Source of the DNA: Malacoraja senta
Lineage: Eukaryota
Assembly: GCA_038087875.1 (NCBI GenBank)
Contig: CM075990.1
Span: forward strand, 11,968,001 to 12,028,000
DNA: 60,000 nucleotides
Direction: 5' to 3'
Part shown: positions 13,251-26,466 of the stretch, piece after piece
How the letters are laid out: the number at the start of each line of letters is the position of its first letter
Numbering within the stretch: the stretch's first letter is position 1
Position numbers and translations under genes: made by a program
The notes under the pieces: generated by a model
Told to the model about the DNA's origin: nothing
Database searches by the model: none
What the model saw: only the letters and a program-made list of their open reading frames with translations

Positions 13251-16149
13251 AGTCTAGGCAGAGTTATTAAACTGCTGCCACAGCACTATTTCAAGAGCAG
13301 TAGTGTCACTCGAGCCAGCAGTTATTCCTGAATTAACATTGCTAACTTGGTCATTACCGCATTTCCTGTGCATCAACAGGCTGCTGTGTTTCCGACATTA
13401 CAACAATAACTCATTGCAAATTGATTACAAAGTGCTTTGAGCTATTACTAAAGGTGTCACCACCAGCTCCAGATCCAATGGATACCTGAAGGAGGTTTTG
13501 CAGTGTTTAAAAGGCTGCGTCCATCTGTAACATATTCCACAACATTTGGTTCATGACATTTTGAGAGATGTGATCGCATGTGCAAATTTTGTAGATGTCT
13601 ATTGATCCACCACACACACAGAATTGAGATAACCAGAGTTAGAAATGAGGGCTTTTTGGAACGAAAGTTGTTTGTGGGGGGGGGGGGGGGGGGGTTTTCC
13701 CGAGGGACCATAAATTTAAATGAAGAGAAATGCTGTTTAACAATAAGTATAATAATAAAAATGAGGAATATAACAATGCATACGTCAACCAAAGTTCCAA
13801 AAGGTTTGAGAATATAAAAGAGCTTTGGTGCTGTTATTCTTAAAATATTTTTAATGTGGTTCAATTTAAATTATTTTAGATTGTAATGCATTATGCATTG
13901 TATTTGAAGCCTTTACTATGTGTATCAATATCTCATTAGGAGTATGTTAAGATTTTCAATATGCACAATATATCTTTTTTGCATTATGCATATGATATGA
14001 ATGCTAGATTTATGCCTGTTTTTTAATTTTTCTTTTTTCACACAGTATGCATTATATTTTCATATTGTAGGTAATGCAAGCATATTTGTTTGTATTTTAT
14101 TCACAGTGTGAGGAAATCAATGTAGCACATTACATACCTCCAATTAGTAGGCAAGCCATTTACCATTGTAAGGTGCAGTGGCACATTATATGTTATTGGT
14201 ATCAATTTCCAATTACTTTTTGAGAGAGGATTTAAATTCACCAAAGTGAGCATTGTTCATGTTGATTAATTAAGTAGTTTCCTATCTGAATGTTTAATGT
14301 TTTATGTGTCATTCCTAACTGTCACTGTATGTTATGTAGACCAAAATGCTGGAGAAACTCAGCGGGTGAGGCAGCAACTATGGAGCGAAGGAAATAGGCA
14401 ACGTTTCGGCCCGAAATGTCTCCTATTCCTTTGCTCCATAGATTCTGCCTCACCCGCTGAGTTTCTCCAGCAGTTTTGTCTACCTTCAATTTTCCAGCAT
14501 CTGCAGTTCCTTCTGAAACAACTGTGTGTCATGTTGTCACTTGCGGGCGGAGCACCAAGGCAAATTCCTTGTATGTGAATACTTGGCCAATAAACCTATT
14601 CATTCATTCATTCATAATTTAATCAAGCACTCTCAATAAAATAAAAAAGACAAGGTCTCAAGGAGATAAAATGAAAATTATAGATTTTTTTTATTTGGCT
14701 CTTTATGTTTGGTTATTGTTGCTGTTTCGATAGGGGAATGTTGCAAAGCTCCAATCACTTAAGTGAGGAAATATAATTCTTTTTTTTTCCTCTTTTGCAC
14801 CAACAAAGTGTTTTACTTCTTTCAGCATCGTGCATGAAACCTGAATTAAAATGAGAATACGTTCTTTGTATTGCATTCAGTATTGCTGCTGCAGTCAATG
14901 ATCATGGAACTTTGTTCTGCAAATCTTACTGACTAATAGTTAATGTGTTGAACTTCTTTTCCCTCCTGTGCCTATGGAGCAGATGTTTCAAGTTCCTGCT
15001 TGTGGCGAGGTGCCTTGCCTCCAAGGTGCTCAGAGTCGAACACTGTGAACAGAGTAATGATGACTTTCAACTATGCTAACTGGGTGCAAATGTTCTTATT
15101 TGTGGGTATGGACTTGGAAAACCTAACATAACTTGATAAAAGAGTGCACGAAGAATTAACAACCAACAACCAACCATTATTCATGCTGTCATTCCAAAAC
15201 CGGTGGGAATTTTTAATTTCAGTCTCATTTTTTCAATTGGAAACCGTGGAAGTCAGATAACGGCACTGAGCCTGATAACGTTCTACCTGACTATGCTGCA
15301 TTTAACTGATATTACTTCAGTGGAAGTATTAGTTATGTGTATGATTAAGTACAATTAATATAAAATTTGAATGGAAATAGAAGATATTCAACTTGAAGGA
15401 TCGGTGTCTGAAATATTTATCTCAGATTTAGAATGAACCATTTAGTTTAGTTTAGTGCACCTTTTCACTGTACCTTGGTACACGTGACAATAAACTAAAT
15501 TGAACTGAACAGGGAAGTCAGGAATGAACTGGGTTGACTGGAGCTATGGAGCTGGAGCTTTACCTGCCTGCTGAACCATCTCGTCAACAACTGACATTCA
15601 CAAACCAAATCTGACAAGATCGCCTTCTGGCTGTTTGTGAAAGGCGGGTGAGAGTGTCAACTATCACAGTTCCAGACTTCCTATGTTCACACTGTGGCAG
15701 ATTCTGTTCATCAGGCTGCAGAGTGAAATGCATAGCCACATAGTCTGAGGATCAACAATGAGGTAGATAGTAGTTCAGGACTGCTCTCCAGTTGTAGTAG
15801 GATGGTTCAGTTGCCTGACGGCAGCTGGGAAGAAACTGTCCCTGAACTGTCCTTTGGTGCTGTCAGTGTATCCGATGCACATTACTCTGTGATGGTGGTA
15901 CACAAAAATGCTGGAGAAATTTTTGTCCAGCATCCAGGAGTCTGAAGAAGGGTTTCGGCCCAAAACGTTGCCTGTTTCCTTCGCTCCATAGATGCTGCTG
16001 CGCCCGCTGAGTTTCTCCAGCATTTTTGTGTACCTTCGATTTTCCAGCATCTGCAGTTCCTTCTTTAACACTCTGTCATGGTGGGTTTCCTCTGGGTTCT
16101 CTAGTTTACGCCCACATTCTCACTTTTTGAGAAGACTCAGAGGAGCACC

Positions 16150-16242
16150 TTCTGAAGAAGGGTCTCAACCCGAAACGTCACCCATTCCTTCTCTCCAGAG
16201 ATGCTGCCTGTCCCGCTGAGTTACTCCAGCGTTTTGTGTCTG
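16150..16242 (+). mobile_element. Penelope-like repeat with intact hammerhead core
   Basis: CTGAAGA-A-GGGT-CTCA-ACCC-GAAAC-GTC. Confidence 0.7.
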
Positions 16243-16244
16243 TC

Positions 16245-16482
16245 CACAGGAGATCCTTCTTCCCTGTGGCTATCAAGCTTTACAACTTCTCCCCCTTCTG
16301 TCGTAGGGTAGACTGAAATTGACTCTCCCCCCCCCCCCCCCCCCCCCCAAATCTTTGCACATCCCCAAGCCTTTCCACTCGTCACTTTAATTTCATGTTT
16401 CATGTATTTTGCGTTTTTGTGCCTGTTGGCAGATCAATTTCCCTCCTGGGATAAATAAAGTTCTATCGTGTCATGTCGTATC
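16245..16482 (+). mobile_element. Rex1-type LINE 3' tail (second copy inverted at 20425-20655)
   Basis: RRSFFPVAIKLYN motif, then GGGATAAATAAAG and a (TATCG)n-like tail. Confidence 0.65.
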
Positions 16483-18099
16483 GAGACACGCTGATTGATT
16501 GGCCACTGTAAATCACCCTGAGTTTGGATGAGTGGCAGAAGAATCAGGAGGAGCTGTTGAGCAACTGAGGGAAGATGGGTTGGGATGGGAAAAGGACCAG
16601 ATTGATCTGGGGCATAGACCTGTTGGCCCAAATTATTAATATGAGGGGAAAAAAAGACCATGTCTGAGATTGCTGGCGAATTCTGTCCTTATCCATTTGC
16701 TGAGTATCCATGCTGTCTGACAAAGGATCCAGACCCAACACTTTACCCTTTCCATGTTCTTGAGAGACATTCGACACAAAATGCTGGAGTAACTCAGCGG
16801 GACAGGCAGCATAAATTATTGTGACAGGAGCAGAATTAGGCCATTCAGCCCATCAAGTCTACTCCGCCATTAAATCATGGCTGATCTATCTCTCCCTCTT
16901 AAATACATTCTGTGTTGTCTGATCCGATGGCTTACTCCAGCATATTTTCTCGTAAACCAGCATCTGCAGTTCCTTGTGCCAACATTTCCCTGCTTGCATT
17001 CTCATGGTCCTCACCTTTGATCACAGTAAACACACACAGTTGACGAGAGGAATAAACATCTTGCTCCCCGTTTGCTACTCTTCCTTCCATTTGGGCAGTC
17101 ACGTCATTGATATTACTCAGAAATGTTACTCTACCATATATTGTGCATTCTATATTTTCAAGCAAGCATGGTGGTCTGAAGGCTCCCGACCCAAAATGTT
17201 GCTTGTCCATTCCTCTCCACAGATGCTGCCTGACCCTGCTGAGTTCCTCCACCACTTTGTGTTTTGCTCAAGATGGCAGCATCTGCAGTTCCTTGTGCCC
17301 CCAGGGTGCCTACCTTTTGGTCTTCGCATTTCACATTTTAACATTTGATTTTCATAATTTACCTCTGATATTGTTCAGGATTTGTAGAAGTAATTTACAT
17401 AATCAATCCTTGCTTTAAGTGCCCTTGACATCCCTGTGACTGCAGATTAAGGCACGGCCCGCATTTCTAAAAACATTGAACCAATAATCATATCTAATTG
17501 CAATATGTCACTTATTCCCTTCAATTTGTGCTTTTGTTGGCGAATGCTTACATCTTTAATGGCTTGAGGAAATTGAAGGCATGTGCAGGAAGGAACTGCA
17601 GATGCTGGTTTACAACGAAGATAGACACAAAATACTGGAGTAACTCAGCGGGACAGGCAGCATCTCTGGAGAGAAGGAGGGTGTTCCTTCTCTCCAGAGA
17701 TGCTGCCTGTCCCGCGAGTTACTCCAACATTTTTTGTCTAACTTTGGAAATTGAAGGGCGCTCGATATGTTATTATTATGGTCATGGCAATCTGGGGTTA
17801 AAAGCAAAAACAGTTCCCACGTTGAATGATGCATGTGGGGAATAATAAGGAACTTCAACCTCCACTACTATCCCTCACTACCAAGTCTGATATTTCACAA
17901 GACACAATTTCACTAACTCACCAATGCTGCTTCATAAGAATTAACCTATTGTATTGGGTCGGCACCCAATTTGCAATTGCTTTGGTTTATGCTTTATTTC
18001 CACCCCCCTCCTTCTCCAGTTGCAATTTGTGCAACTATTTGCACGGGACCTTGTTCTGCTGCAATTGGCTTTGCAGGAATTCACCTTTCCTGCAACTGG

Positions 18100-18300
18100 G
18101 GGAGTGACTGATCTGTGGTCCCGCCCCCTCCAGCACCAGGGGCCAATCAGCACCGTCCCCGCCCATCGCCGGGTGATTGACGCGGCGACGGACCAATCGC
18201 GCGCTGGGAACTCCTCCCCGGGCCCGCGTTCTGATTGACAGGGGGAGCCCTCCCCGGGGGCGTTGATTGACAGGAGGCGGGTGCTTGCAGGTAGCGCTGC
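18100..18300 (+). promoter_or_regulatory. CpG-rich TATA-less promoter, probably of the CDH23-type gene
   Basis: Unique CpG-rich DNA with CCAAT boxes (18143, 18193), a GC box (18157), TGATTGACAG at 18232 and 18264, and TGATTGACGC at 18174. Confidence 0.75.
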
Positions 18301-18487
18301 TCTTGATCTCGCCTCCCTGTCTCTCTCTCTCCCTGTGCCATCCCCATTCGTGGCGACTGAAGCTCCCTCGGACACTTTGCACCGTGCCTGGCAAGATGCA
18401 CGGAGCAGCAGCTCGTCACTCGGCTCTTGGCGAGGATGGTGGAGGTGTTTGTGCAACAGGTAGTCGGTGCCCAGCTCTGCAAGACCG
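18300..18487 (+). other. CDH23: Probable non-coding exon 1 of the CDH23-type gene (start approximate)
   Basis: Follows the promoter and ends at donor CCG|GTAAGA; recalled mammalian CDH23 structure has a distant non-coding CpG-island exon 1. Confidence 0.55.
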
Positions 18488-20424
18488 GTAAGAAGGGGCT
18501 CAATCGATGGCAGAAGGGACCGGGGAGCAGGGTTGCAGAAATGTATCGTTTACAGTAACACATATCCATTTCCCATTTGCCTGTGAGGTAATTCTATTTG
18601 TAACCAGAGCTGTTACTTTGCATCTTGTCCTAAATTGCCTCTCTTTCTCATCCATCTCTTTGCGTTAATTTTGGTTCCCCATCCAGTATTTTACATCCAT
18701 TTGCTGCCCCCCACATGCACACATTTAACCAGAATGTTTTGGCAAAATAAAAATTCTTCCACAATGTCAATTTTTACTGGACGTTACTGGGTGACGTTTG
18801 TCTTTATCCCATCTCAATTTAAGTCTCGTACAGGTGAAAACCCAAAGGATGATTGAGAGGTAGACTTTTTCTGCTAGTCTGATTCAGAGGGGCCGAAGGG
18901 CATCGTTGTACAGTCCGTAATATCCTGCATGGGAAACTCGGCTTGTGCAACGAGTCCGTAGGTATTTGCAGAGCAGCCGAGCGGTATTTAGAAAGAAAGT
19001 GCCCCGTTTAATTTGCAATTAGAAAAGTCACAATATTTAATTCTGCACCGCGCTGTAATGTAACGAAGGGGGCAGAATACTGGTCTCTCAACTCCTCTTC
19101 ACGGGCGAATATATAAACCGGCCTGAGGTTATTTAATCTCCCATGTAATGAGCGGCGTTTGCGGGTTTATTTGCCCAGAAGGGTTAAACCCCAGAGACAG
19201 CAGGGTCGTTGATAGCAGCGGGGTCCAGAGCAACTGTGCGCTCCATTGCATGCACATTGGATTCTTTCCCATCGCAAGTAACTTCCCGAGCAGTGGATTA
19301 TCCTGTCTGACGGTGTCCAAGGGTCTCGACCCGAAACGTCACCCATTCCTTCTCTCCAGAGACGCTGCCTGTCCCGCTGAGTTACTCCAGCATTTGGTGT
19401 CTACCGGTGGATGAGCTACTGCAGGTTAACGACTGCACCAGGAGGAGGTGGAATGAAGATAGATTTACTTTTTTTTCCCCCCTTCCCTCCTGCTGCTTGC
19501 AATCAGCACGTTACTCGCGCACAACGCTGTGAAAACTAATGTATGACAAAGCCCTGGGTGCCAAGTGTCAAATACGCGTGCAATGGTCGGAGAACCTGCA
19601 CTGGTTCACCAGCCTAATCTGCCAGAACTAAGAAGAAGGGTCTCCAGTCTCGAACCGTCACCTATTCCTTCTCCCAGAGATGCTGTCTGACCAGCTGAGT
19701 GACTCCAGCCTTTTGTGTCCATCTTCGGTTGAAACCAGCATCTGCAGTTCCGTCCTACACAGAACTAATAACACGTTTTATTTTACGCTGTGTGTCTTGG
19801 AGGGAACAGAGGCATTGCATTGTAAATCGTATATATCAGTGTGCATTGCAAAGGAAAACAGTCATTGCAGAATCCATGTGCACACAGACATTTCCAATCT
19901 TCTTGCCTGGTGATGTAGAATTGTAGTTATGGTAGGAAAGTGAAGATATTTAATGGAGTTCGGACAGATACAAGTCTGAAGAAGGGTCTCGACCCGAAAT
20001 GTCACCAATTCATTTTCTCCAGAGATGCTGTTGGACCAGCTGCGTTACCCAGCTTTGTGTGTGTGTGTCTTCAGGATATAAGACCCGCTAGGTATGTCTT
20101 AACTTGTGCAACTAATTTATTTACACGGTCTCCCCTTTTCTGGTTCCGTGTTTAATAGCTATTCAAAGCTGCAGAAATATCAGAGACACGTCTGAACAAA
20201 TTATCCCAGCTGTGAGCTGGGGCTGGGAGAATTGAGTGGGAAATGAGTCCTGGGTTTATTAGACAGGGATACTGAGAAAGCTCCCAATAACTGCTGTCTG
20301 TTGATACTAATCGAGTTGTTCATTGATTGGAATCTCTCTGGGCTATTGTAGTTAATGATGGCTCCTTTATAAATTGCACCCGGCAGAATTGCCTTCCGAA
20401 CTGAATTGGACCATTCACGACCCA

Positions 20425-20655
20425 CAACGATACGATACGATAGAACTTTATTTAACCCAGGAGGGAAATTGATCTGTCAACAGCGATAAAACACAAGATA
20501 CATGAAACATGAAATTAAAGTGATGAGTGGAAAGGATTGGGGATGTGCAAAGATTGGGGAGGGGGGAGAGAGGGTGGGGGAGTCAGTCTACCCCATGACA
20601 GAAGGGGGAGGAGTTGTACAGTTTGATAGCCACAAGGAAGAAGGATCTCCTGTGG
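20425..20655 (-). mobile_element. Rex1-type LINE 3' tail
   Basis: Reverse complement of 16245-16482. Confidence 0.65.
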
Positions 20656-22109
20656 CGTTCTGTACTGCATCTTGGAACACTTTCTGTTGGAGGCACAATG
20701 GTCGCTTGCTTGGCTCCGAGTTAAAGTCCCATTGCAGAACACTTGGAATCTGGCTACTGCGTCTGTTTCCCTTCCAATTGATGTAGCTTTGCATTGCCTC
20801 TTCTCCACATCCCTGACACCGTCCCAAGGTTCTTCAGAGGCAACAAAATTATTTTGAGTTACACCGTGGCACAGCTAGTAGACCTGCTGTCTCATGGCGC
20901 CAGAGACCTGGGTTCAATCCTGACCTTGGATGCTGTCTGCGTGGAGTTTGCACGTTCTCTGGAGTTTGACTGTGGGTTTCCTCCCAGTGCTCAGGTTTCC
21001 TCGCACATACCAAAGGCGCATGGTCTTTTCTGGGTTAATTGGCTTCTGTAAGATTACCGTTAAAGTATAGGGAGTAGATGGGAGGACTCAGTGGGCCAAA
21101 GGGCCTGTTTCCATGCTGTATCTCAAAATTGAATTGAACAATGTCATTATTTGGGAAACACAGTGATCGTTACCAGTTAATGGTCTGGACACCAGAAACA
21201 ATCTCTCTGCTGTTTGCTGTTTGAAATTGTTCCGTTGGATTTTTGATAGAGTAGGGGGTGCCTAATGTTCACATCCCATACACAAGACATCACCTCCTTC
21301 AGAACTGCATTGAAGTCAGCACTGTCTGAAGAAGGGTCTCGACCCAAAACGTCAACCATTCCTTCTCTCTAGAGATGCTGCCTGTCCCGCTGAGTTACTG
21401 CAGCTTTTTTCTGGCTATTTTCCATGTAAACCAGCATCTGCAGTTCCTTCCACCACTAGTTTTTGTACTTGGGTCTCCATATTAAATCACTTCAGATATT
21501 CGCACATTTGGCTGTAATGGACTCTGTAATGTTCGGAGATCATGAAAGATGCTGCATAAAGGAAAGTTTTTTTTTCCATAGTTTTGAGAGACATTGCCTC
21601 TTCTGTCTTTTTTATTCACGCTCTCCATCATATGCAATAAAGATCTGGTCGGCATGCAGAGCTTTATGCCACATTGGAGCCGTGCTGCTGTGCTGGGTTA
21701 TTCTTTGGCAAGGGATTGCTATCTTCCTACAGAGCCTCGATGCCCCTTAACAGCACCATCATTGTAAATAACCTACTAAAGATTATCTCTTCTCGGAAAG
21801 TTTGCAACCAGAGGATATTTATTTGCCAATACCAGGTTTAAGAATTTATAGTTTTTATTTTGTTTCAGTGCAAAAATGAAATATTAAAATAACAATTTTC
21901 AGTTGTTGTTGGGACAACACAAATTTGTCTGATTGGTGCACATTTTTTAAACAATAGAGTCCAATAATGCTTTGTCACATATAAACTGCACAGTGAAATT
22001 CTTTTTGCACATATTACACATGCGGGCAGTGCCATTTTTTGGTGCCATTATTCAAAGTCCAAAGTCCAAAACAATTAACCGATTCTTACAATTAAATTAA
22101 ATTCAAAAT

Positions 22110-22405
22110 GGTGGCAGAGCTACTGCCTTACAGCGCCAGGGACCCGGGTTCAATAGTCACCCCCTGACTACGGGTGTTTGTCTGTTCAGAGTTTGTACAG
22201 TCTTCCCGTGACCTGCGTGGGTTTTCTCTGAGATCTTCGGTTTCCTCCCACACTCAAGACGTACAGGTTTGTCAGTTAATTGGCTTAAATGTTAAAAAAA
22301 ATTGTTCCTTGTGCATGTAGGGTAATGTTAATGTGCGAGGATCGCTGGTCGGTGCGGACTCGGTGGGCCGAAAGGCCTGTTCCTGTGCTGAATTGCTAAA
22401 CTAAT
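22110..22405 (+). mobile_element. HE1-type V-SINE
   Basis: Head, V-domain GGTTTCCTCCCACACTC, tail. Confidence 0.8.
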
Positions 22406-24035
22406 CTAGTAGTTTAATCTAACATTGCACAGAAAGAGGCCATTTGGCCCATTGCATTACTGCTAGCTTTGTGAAGGTTCCATCTATTTTATAGGAGGAG
22501 ATGATATGATCAGCAAATTGTAATGATATCCAGAGAGATTTTTCTAGTTGCTGTGAACCCATTCCTGTTCTGAGTGTGGCCAGACCTGGCAAAAGTCAAG
22601 TAATTGTTGTCTTTGCTCAGGCAGTCCTAAAGGACTGAGGATGATTTGTTATCAGTTTATGGCTGAAGATTGGAAGTAGATGTGTGCATGAATTCTGGAG
22701 AATACGTGTGAAATCCATTGCATGTCCTGATGAAGTGAGATCTTGGTTATTAGAGACCAGATTCTATTGCACAAATGTGTGCATCCATCTTTGTTGTCCC
22801 TGTGTTCACAACACAGCATATCCTAGATATGTGTAGGAAGGAACTGCAGATGCAGGTTTAAACCGAAGATAGACACAAAAAGCTGGAGTAACTCAGCGGG
22901 CCGGGCAGCATCTCTGGAGAAGGTTATGTATCTTATTCCTCAACATTTCCCTCACCCAGTCCACCCCCACCTGTCTCACTCAGCTCCAAATCCCTGGGTG
23001 AATTATTTAAGATGGGAAGCTTCACAAGAATAGAGCAATGGGGACACTTCTTACAACAGTGAATAGAAAGTTATGCTCACAGAATTAATTTGTTGAAGGT
23101 GGTAGACATCGTGGGGGATGAGAGGGATGGTTCATAGAGTCATTCAACACGGAAGCAGGTCCTTCGGCTCAACCTGCCCATGCCGACTAAGCTGCCCATC
23201 TATGCTGGTCCCATTTGCTTGTGTTTAACCCACACCCTTCCAAATCTTTCCCATCCACGTGCCTGTCCAAAGACCCTCAAATGATGTTATTGTAGTTGCC
23301 TCAACTCCTTCCTCTGGCAGCTCATTCCAAATATGTAACAAGGAGTGAAAGTCAATGCATCTCCTGAGAGTTGGCTGTAAAGCTTCAATAAGTGGCGATC
23401 TGAACGCTGAGTGGAGTCTGGACGATTCCAGTGCCAGTGAGTCTGGAGAAGGGTCTCGACCCGAAACATCACCTATTCCTTTTCTCCAGAGATGCTGTCT
23501 GGCCTGCTGGGTTGCTCCAGCATTTTGTGTCTATATCTTCGGTTTCAACCCAGCATCTGCAGTTCCTTCCTACACTGTGCTCCTCCTGTTTGGCCAAGAT
23601 GCAACTGTCTGAAACATCCGTGCGTGGCAGCTCCGTGGGTGGCACTTTAACCAGAGTTGGGATGTGTTGGTGTTCAAGTCCATCCCTGGAGAACTAGTGC
23701 TGCATGGACGATGCTGCGGTTGGGAAGCCACTCGTTGCTTGAGATATTCAGCTGAAGTCTCTTTAGTGAATGTAAAGATACAATGCCATGATTGTTGTTG
23801 AACTGGAGGGGAGTTATCCCAGGTACCCTTCACTTAAAATAATGCATCTGAACCCTGTGATTTGGTTCTGATTAGATTGCATCTTGTTGGGACCTAGCTG
23901 TGTATATATCAGATGCTGTGCTCTCTGCTAATTGAAGGACTTTGGTTTAATAACAAACGGTCATGAAATAGTTGCACGGCATTTTGTGTCTATCTTAGGT
24001 GTAAATTAGCATCGACACTTCCTTCCTGCGCTTGT

Positions 24036-24318
24036 TAAGTTTAGTTTAGAGTACAGGACCTTTGGCCCACCGAGTCTGCGCCGACCAGCAATCCTACTCT
24101 GCACACTAACACTGTCCTACACACACTAGGGACAGTTTACTATTTTACCAAGCCGATTAGCCGACAAACCTGCACATCTTTGGAGCGTGGGAGGAAACCG
24201 GAGCTCCCGGTGAAATCCCACGCAGGTCACGGGGAGAACGTACAAACTCCGTACAGACAAGCATAGTCAGGATCGAACCCGGGTCTCTGGTATTGTAAGG
24301 CAGCAACTCTACCGCTAC
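24036..24318 (-). mobile_element. HE1-type V-SINE
   Basis: Reverse-complement copy. Confidence 0.8.
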
Positions 24319-24911
24319 ATAGTGACATTTTGTGCACTTTATCTAATTATTATTTGCACATTTGTATTTGCTGTGTAAACTGTTTGCCTATGTTATAACA
24401 GCGGCAACACTTGTATTGGCTGCAAAGTGCTGCGTGTAAAATAAATGCAATTTACTTTGCCTCAAATTTTTTGCTGTTTTATAAAGAACTGTTTCGCACC
24501 CCACCTCTCCATTATTGTGAGAGTGAGACCAGCTCCTGTCACTAACCAAGTAGATTAGTGCCACATCCCCGTTGAGGCAGTGATCCCACATAATAAGTCT
24601 TGGTGGATTGTGTGGAGTGTGAAGGGTTTGCAGAAGTGATACAGTTCATCACAATTTTGAGTAACTTAATGACTGGGTTTGTCTCCACAACTGGTATGAG
24701 ATATTACAGCTATCATTGACTGGCCACTCGAGCAGCCCTCAATATAATTGCTCCCACTGTTGGCAGCAGCGCCTCAGTCGAAGCTCGGGAAATCCAACTC
24801 CCCCCCCTCCCCCATTAAACATTTTCTTAAAAACTTATTATCTCGCCGTCATGTCTGTGGGAGATTGTTGTGCATAATATTGCAAACAGTGGCCAATTCG
24901 CAATAACTTTG

Positions 24912-25010
24912 GAGAGTCTGAAGAAGGGTTTCGGCCCGAAACGTTGCCTATTTCCTTCGCTCCATAGATGCTGCTGCACCCGCTGAGTTTCTCCAGCATT
25001 TTTGTCTACC
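24912..25010 (+). mobile_element. 99-nt Penelope-derived insertion with an intact hammerhead core and a 15-bp TSD
   Basis: TTCGCAATAACTTTG at 24897-24911 and 25011-25025; core CTGAAGAAGGGTTTCGGCCCGAAACGTT. Confidence 0.8.
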
Positions 25011-25199
25011 TTCGCAATAACTTTGTTTCTGTGAGTGACCTGTCCATTTTGTTTTATCTTGGGCCTAATTTGTTCACTTGCCCTAATATCTCCTTATGTG
25101 GCTTGATGCCCAAGATAACACCTGTGTTATGCAATGTTTGAGGAATGTTTTCAAGTGTTAAATCCATTGTACAAGTGTTGTTGGCTGAGTGTATAAAAC

Positions 25200-26046
25200 A
25201 GTAAAGTAAGTAAAGTAAGTTTATTTATATAGCACTTTTCAATCAAATCACTGAAGCCAAAGTGCTTTACAGAGAGAATTATCCATATAAATGAAAAATA
25301 AAAAAGGTAGAATAAAAAAAAGACAGGACACAATTAGAGATTCAACACGAACATCCCCCCCACAGCAGAGTCGACACTCTCCACTGTGAGGGAAAGGCAC
25401 CAAAATGTCCAGTCCTCCTCCTAGTCCACCCGAAGTCGGGGCCAGTTTGAGGCCTCCGCAGCCAGTCGCCGCAACGGCAGCCCGATGTTGTAGACCCACC
25501 CGTAGGGAAGCTGGAACACCGGCATCGGGTGGAAAGTCCTCAGCGGATTGGAAGTGTCTGGAGCGGCTGCTCCCTCCCCGGAGACTGCGACGCCCGTAGT
25601 CTTCAGGCCGCGCCGGTTGGAGCTTCGACTCTGACTCTGCGGTGTTTTCGATCCAGCGCCGCCCGCCCACGGCGGGATGCCCTCAGACCGCAGCCCGCGG
25701 CTGCTCGATGTTGGTGGTCGGCGGTCATAGCACTCCGGAGCGGCGACCCGGCAAGGCATCGCCCGCTCTGTGTTGGTGTCCCAGCGCTGTGCCGCCGAAG
25801 CTGTGGTCCCGGCAGGAAACGACGCTCCAGCCCGATGGAAGGCCGCATGGGGAGAGCGAAGATGCGATTTGGAGGAAAACCGCATCTCCGACCAGGTAGG
25901 ACTGGGGTTAAAGCAGTTTCCCACCACCCCCCACATAGAAAGAATAGACCTCCAAATAAAAATTATAGACAATAAAAAGGGTTAGAAGATGGACTGCAGG
26001 CAGGCAGCCCGCACAACCGGCGCCCACTCCTGCACATCCGCCAGAG
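25200..26046 (-). mobile_element. CpG-rich non-autonomous retroposon with an L2-like 3' tail
   Basis: Minus strand ends TGTAAAGCACTTTGG..AAAAGTGCTATATAAATAAA followed by (CTTA/CTTTA)n; GC-rich body with no credible ORF. Confidence 0.5.
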
Positions 26047-26466
26047 CTTGAAGCTAAACTTTGAAGAAGGGTCTTGACCCGAAACGTCACCTATTTCTTT
26101 TCTCCAGATATGCTGCCTGACCTGCTGAGTTACTCCAGTTTTTTGTGTGTCTCTCTTTGGTTTAAACCAGCATCTCCAGTTCCTTCCTACACATGTAAAC
26201 CATAGTGGTATTCAACAACTAGAGAGCAGTCCTGAGTTACTATCTACCTCATTGGAGATCTTTGGTCGGACCTTACTGAACTTTACCTTGCACTAAACGT
26301 TATTCTCTTTATCGTGTATCTGTACATGGTGGATAGCTGAATTGAAACTGGGTATTGTCTTTCCACCGACTGGTTGGCACACAACAAAAGCTTTTCACTG
26401 TACCTCAGCTCAAACTAAACTCAAACTGGCTATGACTTGAAGTTGCCCGAGATGCAAGTAACTTAA

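Noticed and set aside
13457..13864. 135-aa ORF with a hydrophobic stretch
   Set aside because: AT-rich and poly-G composition artefact with no recognisable family; no exon of an upstream neighbour gene was identifiable.
17941..18569. Minus-strand ORFs of 119-171 aa
   Set aside because: By-product of the GC-rich promoter; no protein features.
25248..25985. Overlapping ORFs of up to 183 aa
   Set aside because: GC-rich repeat; open on both strands with no recognisable domain.
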